64,000 bases of DNA. Origin: an uncultured delta proteobacterium. GTDB taxonomy: Bacteria; Desulfobacterota; Binatia; JACPRU01. Below are positions 20,815 through 30,354 of the stretch, in pieces. Location: positions 224,001 through 288,000 of the forward strand of contig CAVUWD010000011.1 of the NCBI GenBank assembly GCA_963745025.1, written 5' to 3'. How positions within the stretch are numbered: the stretch's first letter is position 1; each line of letters begins with the position of its first letter. A program made the translations under genes and the position numbers. The notes under the pieces were generated by a model. That model was not told the origin of the DNA, ran no database searches, and saw nothing but the letters and a program-made list of their open reading frames with translations.

Positions 20815-21558
20815 GTCGGAGGGAGAGTGCCACCGGCGAAGCAGGGCGCGCGGAGAAGGTATAAGCATTGGTACCGACGCTTGGTACTGATGGTAGGTTT
20901 GGCCGAAATCGACGAGGAGATCCCGCTCTTCGAGCTTAGTGCCGATAATGATCCATGCAGTCCAGAGCACGTTGAAGAGGAACTGGTCTGTGGAGAAGCG
21001 CGGAGTCGACCAGATGAGCAGAAGCATGAACAGGTAGAGTGGATGACGGACATAGCGATAGGGGCCGCGAGCCACGAAGACAGAGGGCGGCAGGGTGGTT
21101 CCGCGCAAGGCCGCTCTAAGCGGAAGCGTGCCGAATACGTCAAAGCCGCGAAGGGAGCTTACGCCCCACGCGAAGCCAGCAACAGCGAGCAGGGCGATAG
21201 AACCCGAGAGCCAACGGGCTGACTCCGGAAGCCGAAAGAGGAAGCTTGTCGTGGGTTGCCAGGCAAGGACGAGGACAAGGAGGGCGACGCCGGACGCAAT
21301 CGAGTAAAGAGCAGGGAGGTAGGTGCTCCGGACTCGCTTCTCGATGCGTTGCTTGGCGCCGCGCCGGATCATGCCGCTGTGCTGAGTGAAGAAGACGAGG
21401 CAGAGGAAGGTGTCGAAGGCAAGACGTGCAGCGTCTGAGCGAGCGATAGCGACAGGCGATGGTGTGCCAAAGAACAGGAAGTAGACAAAGAGGACGAGCG
21501 AACCCCCGCCGATGCCGACGCTGAGAAGGGCTAGCAGGTGAGTGCCTATGGTCTTCAT
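20809..21558 (-). CDS. Isoprenylcysteine carboxylmethyltransferase-family membrane protein (gene cassette)
   Basis: QHS, GPYRYVRHPLY, EERDL...FG..Y..Y...VPMLIP motifs; bounded by attC sites. Confidence 0.88.
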   Translation of the reverse strand: MKTIGTHLLALLSVGIGGGSLVLFVYFLFFGTPSPVAIARSDAARLAFDTFLCLVFFTQHSGMIRRGAKQRIEKRVRSTYLPALYSIASGVALLVLVLAWQPTTSFLFRLPESARWLSGSIALLAVAGFAWGVSSLRGFDVFGTLPLRAALRGTTLPPSVFVARGPYRYVRHPLYLFMLLLIWSTPRFSTDQFLFNVLWTAWIIIGTKLEERDLLVDFGQTYHQYQASVPMLIPSPRALLRRWHSPSDA

Positions 21559-21691
21559 GGGTGCGCCTTGAATGTTCTTCCCGCCGCCCAACGTTGAGGT
21601 CAGCTACGCCGAGCCTCGGGCGGCGTTCTGAAGTTTCCCAGGAAAGTGGACACCGCTACAAGGGTCAACAGGCCCGAAGGAGAGGTGTTCC

Positions 21692-21988
21692 ATGGGAAGG
21701 AAGAGTAGCCGGATCCGGCGCACGTTCACGCCGGGATTCAAGCGCGATGCCGTACGGCTCGTGGTCGAGGAGGGCAAGAGCGCGAGCGAGGTGGCACGCA
21801 ACCTCGGCATCGCACGCAGCCTGCTCCAGCGATGGAAGGATGAGTTCGCGTCGCTCTCGGTGGCGGAAGGCCGTCGCAACAGCGAGCACGAGTGCATCCG
21901 CGAACTCGAGAAGAAACTTCGCGATGTTACCGAGGAGCGAGACATTCTAAAAAAAGCGCTGGCCTACTTTGCGGACGAACAGAAGTGA
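21692..21988 (+). CDS. IS3 OrfA (HTH)
   Basis: RRTFTPGFKRDAVRLV...ERDILKKA; A7G -1 frameshift motif at about 21949. Confidence 0.92.
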   Translation: MGRKSSRIRRTFTPGFKRDAVRLVVEEGKSASEVARNLGIARSLLQRWKDEFASLSVAEGRRNSEHECIRELEKKLRDVTEERDILKKALAYFADEQK

Positions 21989-22823
21989 AGTTTCGCTTCG
22001 TCCAGGACAACCGGGAGACCTTCCGGGTAGGCCCCATGTGCAGAATCCTCGAGGTCTCCAAGAGCGGCTTCTACGCCTGGCTGCGAAGACCACCGAGCGA
22101 TCGTGAGCAAGCCGACGCGGCCCTGGTGGAGCGTATCCGGCTCGTTCATCGAACAAGCCGCGGCGTGTACGGCTCGCCTCGAGTGTACCAGGCGCTGCGA
22201 GATGCGGGCGCGGGGAAACACCGCGTCGCACGGCTCATGCGCCTGGAAGGCTTGCGCGGCCGAGCTCACAAGCGCTTCCGCTTCACCTCCACCAAGCACC
22301 AGGAGTTGCCGGCGGCGCCGAACCTTCTCGATCGACGCTTCAACGCGCGGCCGCCGATATCACCCAGGTCCGCACTCGCGAGGGATGGCTCTTCCTTGCC
22401 GTCGTCCTCGATCTCTTCTCTCGGCGCGTCGTCGGCTGGGCCACCGCACCGCGTCCGGATCAGCGGATCTCGATCGAAGCTCTGCGCAATGCCATCACCA
22501 CCCGCCGCCCGTTGCCGGGTCTCTTGCATCACTCCGATCGCGGCGGCCAGTACGCGAGTGCGGACTACCAGGTCTTCCTCGACCGCCACGGCATGGTCTG
22601 CAGCATGAGCCGTCCCGGGAACTGCCTCGACAACGCCGTCGTCGAGAGCTTCTTCCACACACTGAAAACCGAGTGGCTCTACCACTATCGCTTCACCACC
22701 CGCGCGCAGGCGCGTTTATCCATCTTCGACTACATCGAGGGTTTCTATAACCGGACGCGTCTCCATTCCACGCTCGGCTATCGATCACCAATGGACTATG
22801 AGATTGTCACCAGTGCAGCTTAA
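21985..22823 (+). pseudogene. IS3 OrfB DDE transposase with a small internal deletion/frameshift near 22350
   Basis: YGSPR, ADIT, HSDRGGQY, DNAVVESFF; the usual PNxxW segment before ADIT is missing. Confidence 0.85.
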
Positions 22824-22956
22824 CTGCGTGTCCACTTTTTCGGGGAAAGATCATTCGCTGGGACGATTGGGTTTGGCGTGGATCACTGTGGAGTCATATC
22901 AGGAATCCCAAATCACCTTTGTTTTATCGGACATAACCTTTTCGACGAATTGTGGA

Positions 22957-23036
22957 GAGGATAGCTGGGATAAGCGGCCGACTGACGTAAAGCCTCAATA
23001 TCCGACGCTGCCCAAACACGAGACGCCCCGTTTCTA
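22957..23036 (-). repeat. dif-like + oriIS-like element, copy 3
   Basis: Minus strand GCGTCGGATAT-TGAGGCT-TTACGTCAGT-CGGCCGCTTATCCCAGCTATCC. Confidence 0.75.
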
Positions 23037-23045
23037 CGGTTGCGG

Positions 23046-23644
23046 CCGATCTTTCCTACCACCACCTCACCTGAGTTGAGGCCGATGCGCACACCGAACG
23101 GGATGCCGTGCCGCACGCGCACCTCGTTGGCGTATTCGCGCACAGCATCGCGCAGGCGCAGCTCCGCGTAACACGCCCGCTGCGCATGATCCTCGTGCGC
23201 GATCGGCGCCCCGAATAGCGCCATGATGCCGTCGCCGGTGTACTGGTTGATCGTCCCCTCGAAACGGTGAACACCTTCGCCGAGGATCGCGAAGAAGCGA
23301 TCCATGATCTTGTGCCACTCTTCGGGGTCGATCGACTCCGAGAGCTCCATCGACCCCTTCACGTCGGCGAACAGCACAGTCACCTGCTTGCGCTCGCCTT
23401 CGAGGGCGCTGCGCGAGGTGAGGATCTTGTCCGCAAGGTGACGAGGGGTGTAGCTGGCGGGCGACATAGCGGCGCCGCGGTTCGCCACCGAGTCGGTCAG
23501 GGGGGCGCGACACTTGCGACAGAACTTTGCAGCCGGACGGTTACCGGCGGCGCAGCTCGGGCACGCCACCTCCAGAGGTGCGCTGCACTCTTCGCAGTAG
23601 TGTGAATCGGCAAGGTTCTCGGTCTGGTACTTTGAACAGCGCAC
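23046..23644 (-). pseudogene. Double zinc ribbon + class III cyclase, 3' truncated
   Basis: CEECSAPL..CPSC..FCRKC, GERKQVTVLFADVKGS, YTGDG; breaks at EVVVGKIG next to repeat copy 3. Confidence 0.88.
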
Positions 23645-23652
23645 TGCTTTTC

Positions 23653-26334
23653 CTATGCCCGCCCCTTCAGCCGTGCGAGTCGCTTCTCTACCTCGGTCAC
23701 CTGCGGCCGGAGCTCTTCATCACAATCCTTCCAGAGCTCGAGGAAGCGCGAGTAATGGAAGATCGCCTTCTCGCGGTCGTCGAGCTTCTCGTAGATCTCC
23801 GCGCGACGCAGGTGAGACGGCGCGAGATACGCCCGGTCATAGAGCATCGACTCCTCGAGCGAGGCCAACCAGAAGAGCGCGTCTTGGTCGCGCCCCACGG
23901 CGCGCAGCAACTCGGCGCGAAGATACCGTTCATAGGGCCGAGAGAAGAACGCCGATCGAAATGGCGCCTCCCAGGCGATCTCGAGCCGGGTTTCCTCGAG
24001 GATAACGAGCGCTTCGGCCGGCTTCCCGTCGAGCTGCGCCACCTGTGCGCGCAAGCTTCCGGCGAGAGCGCGAGCGACGGCAGCAACGGTCGGTGATTCG
24101 ACGGGTCGCTCGAGCTCTTCGGCGCTACGGAGCGCGGCATCGCGCTCCCCGAGGCGGATGCTGAGAGTTCCAAGGAGGTAGGAGCGCAGTTGAGCGTGAA
24201 TGCGGTCGTGGGGCGAGAACCAGTCTTCGGTCACCTCGCCTACGGGGCTGGCAGGTGGGCTCCAGCGAGTCACTTCGTCGCGAAGCTTCTCGAGCTCCAC
24301 CCGCGGAAGCGGAAGAAATGGTGAGGCCGCGAGGAGCGCTCGGTATTCGAGTCCGATGCTCGGATCGAGATTTGCCGCGGCCTCGAGCTCGACCTGAGCT
24401 GCGTTCCAATGCCCTTTCGTGAGAGCGAGGTGAGCGAGCTGGACGTGGCCGGTCGTCCGCACGGTCGAGGAACGGACGGGCTCGGTCATCAGCCGCGCGA
24501 GCGCCTCGCTGGCAGGCGCATTGTGCAGCATCTGAGCGAGCGGAGCGCCGCCGAGAGCGTAGTCGCTCGCCCGCCGGAGCTCGGCGACGATCCGTTCCTG
24601 ACTCGCCTTGTCGCCGAATTGGAACGCTTGCAACGTCCGAATGACCAGGGCGTAGTCGCTTCGCGAGTCGAGGGCGAGGTAGCGCCCGATCGACGATGAA
24701 AGCGCCGCCCACTTCTCTTCGGCTTCGTCGAGCTGACAGCTGAAGATCGCGGCGTCGAGGCGTCCGGGATCGAGCGAAAGCTCGTGCTCAACCACGTCGC
24801 GAGCTTCCATGACGGAGCGGCCTCGGAAGGGATTCTCAACCGCCAGCGTCCAACTGAGAACTAACCACGCTTCCCAATCGTCTCGGTAAGCGGCCAGGGT
24901 CTCGCGGGCGCGACGTTCGGTCGCGTCGATGTGTCCGTTGATCCAGTCCGAGACCATCTCGACTAGGAGACGATCATGCTCCGACAGGCGATCTTTGAGG
25001 CGCATCGCGTGCGCTATGGCATGGCGCGACGCCTCGGTTTGCTGGGTATATCCCCCAAGCATGTAGGAAAGGCGGTAGTGGGCGAAGGCGAAATCAGGGT
25101 CGGCGGCGACGGCGCGGCGATAGGCTTCGATGGCCTCGGCGATTCGCCCGGCGCGAAAAGCGCTCTCGCCCTCTAAGAAGGACCTCAAGGCGGGAAACGA
25201 GTGCGTGGTCAACGCCGCCACGCGTGCAAGCTGCTCTCCGGGCCGGCTCAAGCGACCGGCGAGAAGCTCGGCCGCCAGCTGGTCGACAAGGTCGAGAAGG
25301 TGACTCGTTTCGCCCTCGGCGTTCGCCTTCGTCACGACGAGCGCTTTCTCGGCATCGTAAATCGATGCCTCGAGCTGCAAACGACCGGAGATCTCCAGGA
25401 CGCTGCCGAGTACGAAGAGACCTGCGCCGAAATGCTTGGCGACTCGCTGTCCGTGTTCGGGGTCGAGCGTCCAGCCGCCTTCGCGCTTGATGAAGCTCAG
25501 CAGCGAGTGCGGGTCCACCTGCCGGAGTTCCTCGGCGCCGTCGAGCTTGGTGCTGAGGAGTGTGACCATCCCTTCGGCGAGGTAGTCGAGATCCTTCCCG
25601 CCGCTGACGGAGAACGGGAAAACGGCCACGGCGGTCGGCGAGGAGGGCGGGAGATGCTCCGCCGATTTCAGACCCGCGACGTAGCGAGAGACGACCGGAT
25701 AGCTGGCGACGATCCCGAGGAGCGCAAGTCCAACCCCAAGGAGCCAGGCGCGGCGGCGCGTCTTCTCTTCGCGTTCCGCGGATACGCGCGCAGCGGGCTC
25801 GGTGGCTGCTCCCTGCTGGCCGTTCCCCGCCAGCGCATAGACTCGGATCGGGCGGTTGACGTTCTTCAGGCTCTTCTCGCCGAGAAAGGTCGCGCGAATC
25901 TCGGGATGATTGCGAATGTCGTCGTAGACCCTTTCGGAGATGCACACGCCCCCGGGCTTCGCCAGCGCGTGAATCCGCGAGGCGATGTTGACTCCGTCCC
26001 CGATGATTCCCCCATTCGACACGACCACGTCGCCGATGTGAATTCCGATCCTCAGGCGTAGATCGGTGTCGCCGCGAAGCGCTTCCTGAATCTCGCGCGC
26101 ACAGCTCACCGCCTCGACCGCGCTGTCGAAGCTCGAGAGGCTGCCGTCGCCCACGTGCTCGATGAGCTTGCCGTTGAACTTCGGGACGAGCCGACCGAGA
26201 AGCGCACGGCTCCGTTCGAGCACCTGCCGCGCCCGCTGCTCATCCTCACCCATGAGGGCCGTGTAGGCCGCGATGTCGGTGAACATGATCGCGGCGAGCT
26301 TTCGGGTTTCGGTGGGCGTTGCTGGAATCGGCAA
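23653..26334 (-). CDS. Class III nucleotidyl cyclase + TM + TolB-N-like + TPR protein
   Basis: RKLAAIMFTDI, GDG, GDGVNIASR; TM helix; AVAVFPF...DYLAEG; TPR-like C-terminus. Confidence 0.88.
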   Translation of the reverse strand: MPIPATPTETRKLAAIMFTDIAAYTALMGEDEQRARQVLERSRALLGRLVPKFNGKLIEHVGDGSLSSFDSAVEAVSCAREIQEALRGDTDLRLRIGIHIGDVVVSNGGIIGDGVNIASRIHALAKPGGVCISERVYDDIRNHPEIRATFLGEKSLKNVNRPIRVYALAGNGQQGAATEPAARVSAEREEKTRRRAWLLGVGLALLGIVASYPVVSRYVAGLKSAEHLPPSSPTAVAVFPFSVSGGKDLDYLAEGMVTLLSTKLDGAEELRQVDPHSLLSFIKREGGWTLDPEHGQRVAKHFGAGLFVLGSVLEISGRLQLEASIYDAEKALVVTKANAEGETSHLLDLVDQLAAELLAGRLSRPGEQLARVAALTTHSFPALRSFLEGESAFRAGRIAEAIEAYRRAVAADPDFAFAHYRLSYMLGGYTQQTEASRHAIAHAMRLKDRLSEHDRLLVEMVSDWINGHIDATERRARETLAAYRDDWEAWLVLSWTLAVENPFRGRSVMEARDVVEHELSLDPGRLDAAIFSCQLDEAEEKWAALSSSIGRYLALDSRSDYALVIRTLQAFQFGDKASQERIVAELRRASDYALGGAPLAQMLHNAPASEALARLMTEPVRSSTVRTTGHVQLAHLALTKGHWNAAQVELEAAANLDPSIGLEYRALLAASPFLPLPRVELEKLRDEVTRWSPPASPVGEVTEDWFSPHDRIHAQLRSYLLGTLSIRLGERDAALRSAEELERPVESPTVAAVARALAGSLRAQVAQLDGKPAEALVILEETRLEIAWEAPFRSAFFSRPYERYLRAELLRAVGRDQDALFWLASLEESMLYDRAYLAPSHLRRAEIYEKLDDREKAIFHYSRFLELWKDCDEELRPQVTEVEKRLARLKGRA

Positions 26335-26400
26335 GAGATCAGGCCTTCACGATCTTGACGTGGCCGACCTGACTTTTCGAGCGGCCGCAGGATGAGCAGA

Positions 26401-26883
26401 TCACAGGTGGAGCTCCTGCGCGACCTGCTCCGCGCGGATCGGCGCGCCAATCTCCGTGAAGAGGCGATACGCCTCGCGAAGCTCGCGCTGGCGGGCGGTG
26501 TCGTCGCCGGTCAGTCGAGCCAGCTCGGCGCGCTCGACGTGGAGGAAGGGCTCGTAGCTCTTCGCGCCCGACATCTCGAGCCAGGCGTCAGCTTGCACGA
26601 TCGTCGCCTCGATCTCTTGCTCCGCCTTGACGCCCCGGCTCCCGCGGAGAGCACGGATCCGGGTGAGCAGAGCCGAGAACTCCCAGAATCGGGTTCCGCG
26701 TCGCCGGCAGACGGCGAGCGCTTCCTCCGCGAGCGCCAGGGCCTTTTCGCGATCACTGAGTCCGAGATGCGCAGCCGCCATCAGCGCGAGCACGCCGCCT
26801 TCGTGGATCAAAAGGCGACGTTCCCTTCCGATCTTCAACGATGCCGCCAGGACTTCGAGCGCATCTCGCCATGCGCCATTCAA
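26401..26883 (-). pseudogene. C-terminal TPR fragment of a zinc-ribbon cyclase/AAA protein
   Basis: ERAELARLTGD...RELREAYRLFTEIGAPIRAE typical terminus; no start. Confidence 0.75.
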
Positions 26884-26939
26884 GACGTTTGCGAGCCCGA
26901 GGCTGCGGTAGCTCGAGATTCTCCCGTGATGGCTCCCCG

Positions 26940-28101
26940 TCCTGCGCTTTGGCCGCTACTGCACTCCTTCCCGAGCCGAGTACAGCTGTCCGAGCAGGAT
27001 TGGCAGGCATACCGTCAAGCCAACGAGGCGTTGGCAACCGTGGCTGCGCGTCTCGTCGGGCCCGAGGACGCGGTGTGGCTCCACGACTACCATCTCTTCC
27101 TGCTTGGTCAGCGGCTCCGCGAGCGAGGCCATAAGGGACCGATCGGGCTCTTCCTGCACGTGCCATTTCCCGCCCCAGACATCTTCTTCATCCTGCCGTG
27201 GGCGGAAGAGGTGCTCGGAGCGTTACTCGCGCTCGACCTTGTCGGGTTCCATACGCCCGGTCACGTGGAGAACTTCCGTCGCTGCATGGCGGCGCTCCCC
27301 GGTACGCTTGTGGGCGACGACGCGATCGAGTACCGCGGTCGGCGCACACACATCGGCGCCTTCCCGATCGGCATCATTCCAGAGGGCTTCCAGGAGCCTC
27401 CGGTGCCCTCGACAGTCGAGGAGGTGGCGAACCTGATGCGCTCCATCGCGCCGAGCCGCCTGGTGCTCGGCGTGGATCGCCTCGACTATACGAAGGGGAT
27501 CCCTGAGCGTCTCGGGGGGTTTGCCCGTCTCCTGGAACTCCATCCGGAATGGCGCCGTCAGGTGTCGCTTGTGCAGATTTCGGTGCCCTCGCGTAGCGAC
27601 GTACCGGCATACGCGGAGCTGCGTCAGCACGTCGAGACCATCGTCGGGCGCACGAACGGCGAGTTCGGCGATGCCGACTGGGTGCCGATCCGCTACCTCT
27701 ATCGCTCCTACGGGCGCAACCAGCTCTCGCAGCTCTACCGTGCCAGCGCCATCGGCTACGTCACACCGCTACGCGACGGAATGAATCTGGTCGCCAAGGA
27801 GTGGGTGGCCGCCCAAGACGCGGACGATCCGGGGGTGCTCGTGCTCTCGCGCTTCGCGGGGGCCGCCGTCGAGCTCACCGACGCCCTGCTCACGAACCCC
27901 TGGTACGCGGACCGTCTCGCAAGCGACCTTGATCGCGCGCTGCGCATGGGGCTCGAGGAGCGGCGCTCGCGCCACAAAAAGCTACTCGCCGCCGTCTCAC
28001 GTACGACCGCGCTCACCTGGGCGGAAGACTTCCTGTCGGCGCTCTTTGCGGCCGGCGCTCGACCCTCGCAGTCCGTGTCGTGCTCGGTGATGCCGAAGTA
28101 G
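26940..28101 (+). pseudogene. otsA: Trehalose-6-phosphate synthase fragment, N-terminus missing
   Basis: LWPLLH, WLHDYHL, FLHVPFP, GVDRLDYTKG, RDGMNLVAKE, LSRFAGAA. Confidence 0.88.
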
Positions 28102-28165
28102 CCGCGAAAGAACTCGAGCACCGGCAGTAGCGGCAGGGCCTTCCCGCGCAAGTCGGCCGTGCCCT
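28060..28165 (-). pseudogene. Internal fragment of a zinc-ribbon cyclase/AAA protein
   Basis: GKALPLLPVLEFFRGYFGITEHD. Confidence 0.65.
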
Positions 28166-28780
28166 CAGCTCGATCGTTCGATCGTGTTGGCACGCGCGAT
28201 GCTGTTGTTCCCCGAGATCGCGCGCTACGCGGAAACCAGTCTTCGGAGACCGCACGCGTAGCGGCCAGGCGTCCGCGCTCTCGGCCTTCAGCGACAGCCG
28301 TTTCGTGTCCTGCGATGGCTGGCTGAACACGCCCTCCCAGGCTTCGCTTCGCATCCGGCCGGACTCCCGGGGTGGAGACGTGCTAGGACTCACGCTCTCT
28401 GGGAGTGAATGGCTTGAATTCGGTGACAGTGCCGGAAAACCGAGCGTCGCGCGCATCGCCCTGGCAGGGACGCGAGCGAAGCCTATGCCCAGGAGCTGCC
28501 TCGTTTCGCGACATGCGTGATGCCGAGCACGGAATCCGGACGATCGCTTTTCTCGGATCGAAACATCCATTCTGCTGGCACGATCGGTGCTCTCTCGTAA
28601 TCCTGGGAAGCGTTCGAGGATTTCGCACTTGCCGTGAAGCAGTTCTTGAATGAACTCGGCGGGGGCGTAGCCAGGGCGAGCGCTACCAGTCTGGCGCAGC
28701 CGGTCCGGGCGCTGCCCGAGCAACGCAGCGCAAGCTCGAGCGCGCGGCATTCATAACGGACAAACACACGCACCTGCCCC

Positions 28781-29473
28781 GTGGCGATGGACGTGTTCCG
28801 CTTTCGGCGCTACGGTCGTAGCACAGCCGGCAGGATCATGGCCGGCCTCGGCGTCGGCACACGGGAAATGCAGCGAGCGCCGCTCATCAATCGGCCGGTT
28901 CGCGACTATTTCCAGCTCTGGTCGCCGACGTATGACTTCTCTCCGCTACAGGTGGTCCTTTACCGACCGATACACGCTGCGGTCATGCGGGCGACGGAAC
29001 GTCTGCCGCGCGTCGAAGGTCCGGTGCTCGACCTCGGTTGCGGCACCGCGCGGCTGACCCGCGACCTTGCACGACGCTATCCGAGAGTAGTCGTGGTAGG
29101 GCTCGATATAGCGTCGGGCATGCTGAGCGCGGCACGACAGCGGCTCGGCGCCGAGGCGCCTTCGCTGGTCTGTGGCGACGCCTACTCCCTGCCCTTTGCG
29201 AACGAGTCGCTGGTGCTGGTAGCGAGCACGATCGCGTACCATTGGTTGCTGCGCCCGCATGCGGCGCTCGCGGAACTCCACCGCGTTCTTAAGCCAGGCG
29301 GCTACCTGCTGCTGGGCACGCTGATCGCGCGCTTCTTTCCCGGGACCTGGTTCGGCATGCGGCTTGCGACTGAGCGTATGCACCGGAAGGATCTCGCGGC
29401 GGCGGGTTTTGTCGTGGAATCGTTCCATCGCGTCGGCATGGCTGCCGGGGTATTCACCGCGCGTTCGTTGTAA
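28781..29473 (+). CDS. Class I SAM-dependent methyltransferase
   Basis: VLDLGCGT, GLDIA, GDAYSLPF, RVLKPGG; start uncertain. Confidence 0.88.
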   Translation: MAMDVFRFRRYGRSTAGRIMAGLGVGTREMQRAPLINRPVRDYFQLWSPTYDFSPLQVVLYRPIHAAVMRATERLPRVEGPVLDLGCGTARLTRDLARRYPRVVVVGLDIASGMLSAARQRLGAEAPSLVCGDAYSLPFANESLVLVASTIAYHWLLRPHAALAELHRVLKPGGYLLLGTLIARFFPGTWFGMRLATERMHRKDLAAAGFVVESFHRVGMAAGVFTARSL

Positions 29474-29529
29474 ACAGTGCTTCGCGCAGATGGCGGCGAG
29501 CATCCGTCACCGCAGTGTTCACACGCCTC

Positions 29530-29741
29530 GGGCCTCGCAGGTCTCGGTGGCGAGGATCGGGGGATGCGGAACGCTCGGTCGATGCTCCCAGCGGCCTGCC
29601 GCAGCCGTTGCAGAACTTCTGCTTTGCGGGATTCGCCTTTCCGCAGGAAGGGCAACTCAGTGTGCCGGCCAAAGGAGCGGCGCATTCGCCGCAGAAGCTC
29701 GCATCAGCAGGATTTTCAAAGCCGCAGGCTACGCACCGCAT
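29530..29741 (-). pseudogene. Double zinc-ribbon N-terminal remnant
   Basis: MRCVACG..FCGEC..CPSCG..FCNGCG...SPDPR, then similarity ends. Confidence 0.8.
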
Positions 29742-29813
29742 CGAGGGCCACTCGGGAGGCCAAAGCGAAGGAACCGTAGACCCGGGGGCCAGCTACACGC
29801 AAGGGACCGCGAC

Positions 29814-29886
29814 AGGGAAACCCGGGGAGACCAGAGGACGGCGAAGGTCTCCGCGAACGATCGGACTCGGAGTGCGCGGTTAAACT
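29814..29886. repeat. Dispersed non-coding repeat, copy 2
   Basis: Matches 18199-18258 with a short extra central segment. Confidence 0.8.
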
Positions 29887-30019
29887 CAAAAGTGACCTAG
29901 CACTCTCCCGCGCTCGCCCAATCCACGAGTCGTCCTCCACTTCGTGGGACGACAATCCTGGCAAGTGTTTCTGCGTTTTCTCATCCAGGACCTTGCGTCG
30001 CTAGCAGCTAGCGGGTGAT

Positions 30020-30090
30020 CTGCCCGATCTTGGACTTCTAAAAGCCGAGGCGTAGAACTTCGCCGCCTTCTCCGCCTGGTCGTCGAAGAC
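30020..30090 (-). pseudogene. VOC/PhnB-like N-terminal fragment
   Basis: FDDQAEKAAKFYASAF. Confidence 0.55.
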
Positions 30091-30354
30091 GAGAGGCCGG
30101 ATGTCGGCCGATACGAGCGCGCTTGAGGACGCGAGCACGCACGCGGGTCAGCGGCGGGTCGACGGCCGACTACGTGCTTCGTGACGGGGCCAAACGCCTC
30201 GATCGCGTGCAGCTTGTGACTTCTCGCCCCGGCTTCTGGTCAGCTGCAGTCGGCGCGCCCGACACCATCATCTACTTCACGCCAACCAAGAGCACGCGTG
30301 GTCGACGTTCGGCTCACGAGAAGATGCGGCGCTTCGGGATCGCGTGATCTCGCG

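Larger units (their letters stand above)
21629..22853 (+). mobile_element. IS3 family insertion sequence
   Basis: IRs TGAAGTTTCCCAGGAAAGTGGACAC / TGATCTTTCCCCGAAAAAGTGGACAC; 3-bp target duplication TTC on both sides. Confidence 0.95.
21586..22877 (-). other. Second attC site split by IS3
   Basis: R'' GCCAAAC at 22877-22871 and R' GTTGGGC at 21592-21586; removing the IS restores an attC-sized site. Confidence 0.65.
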
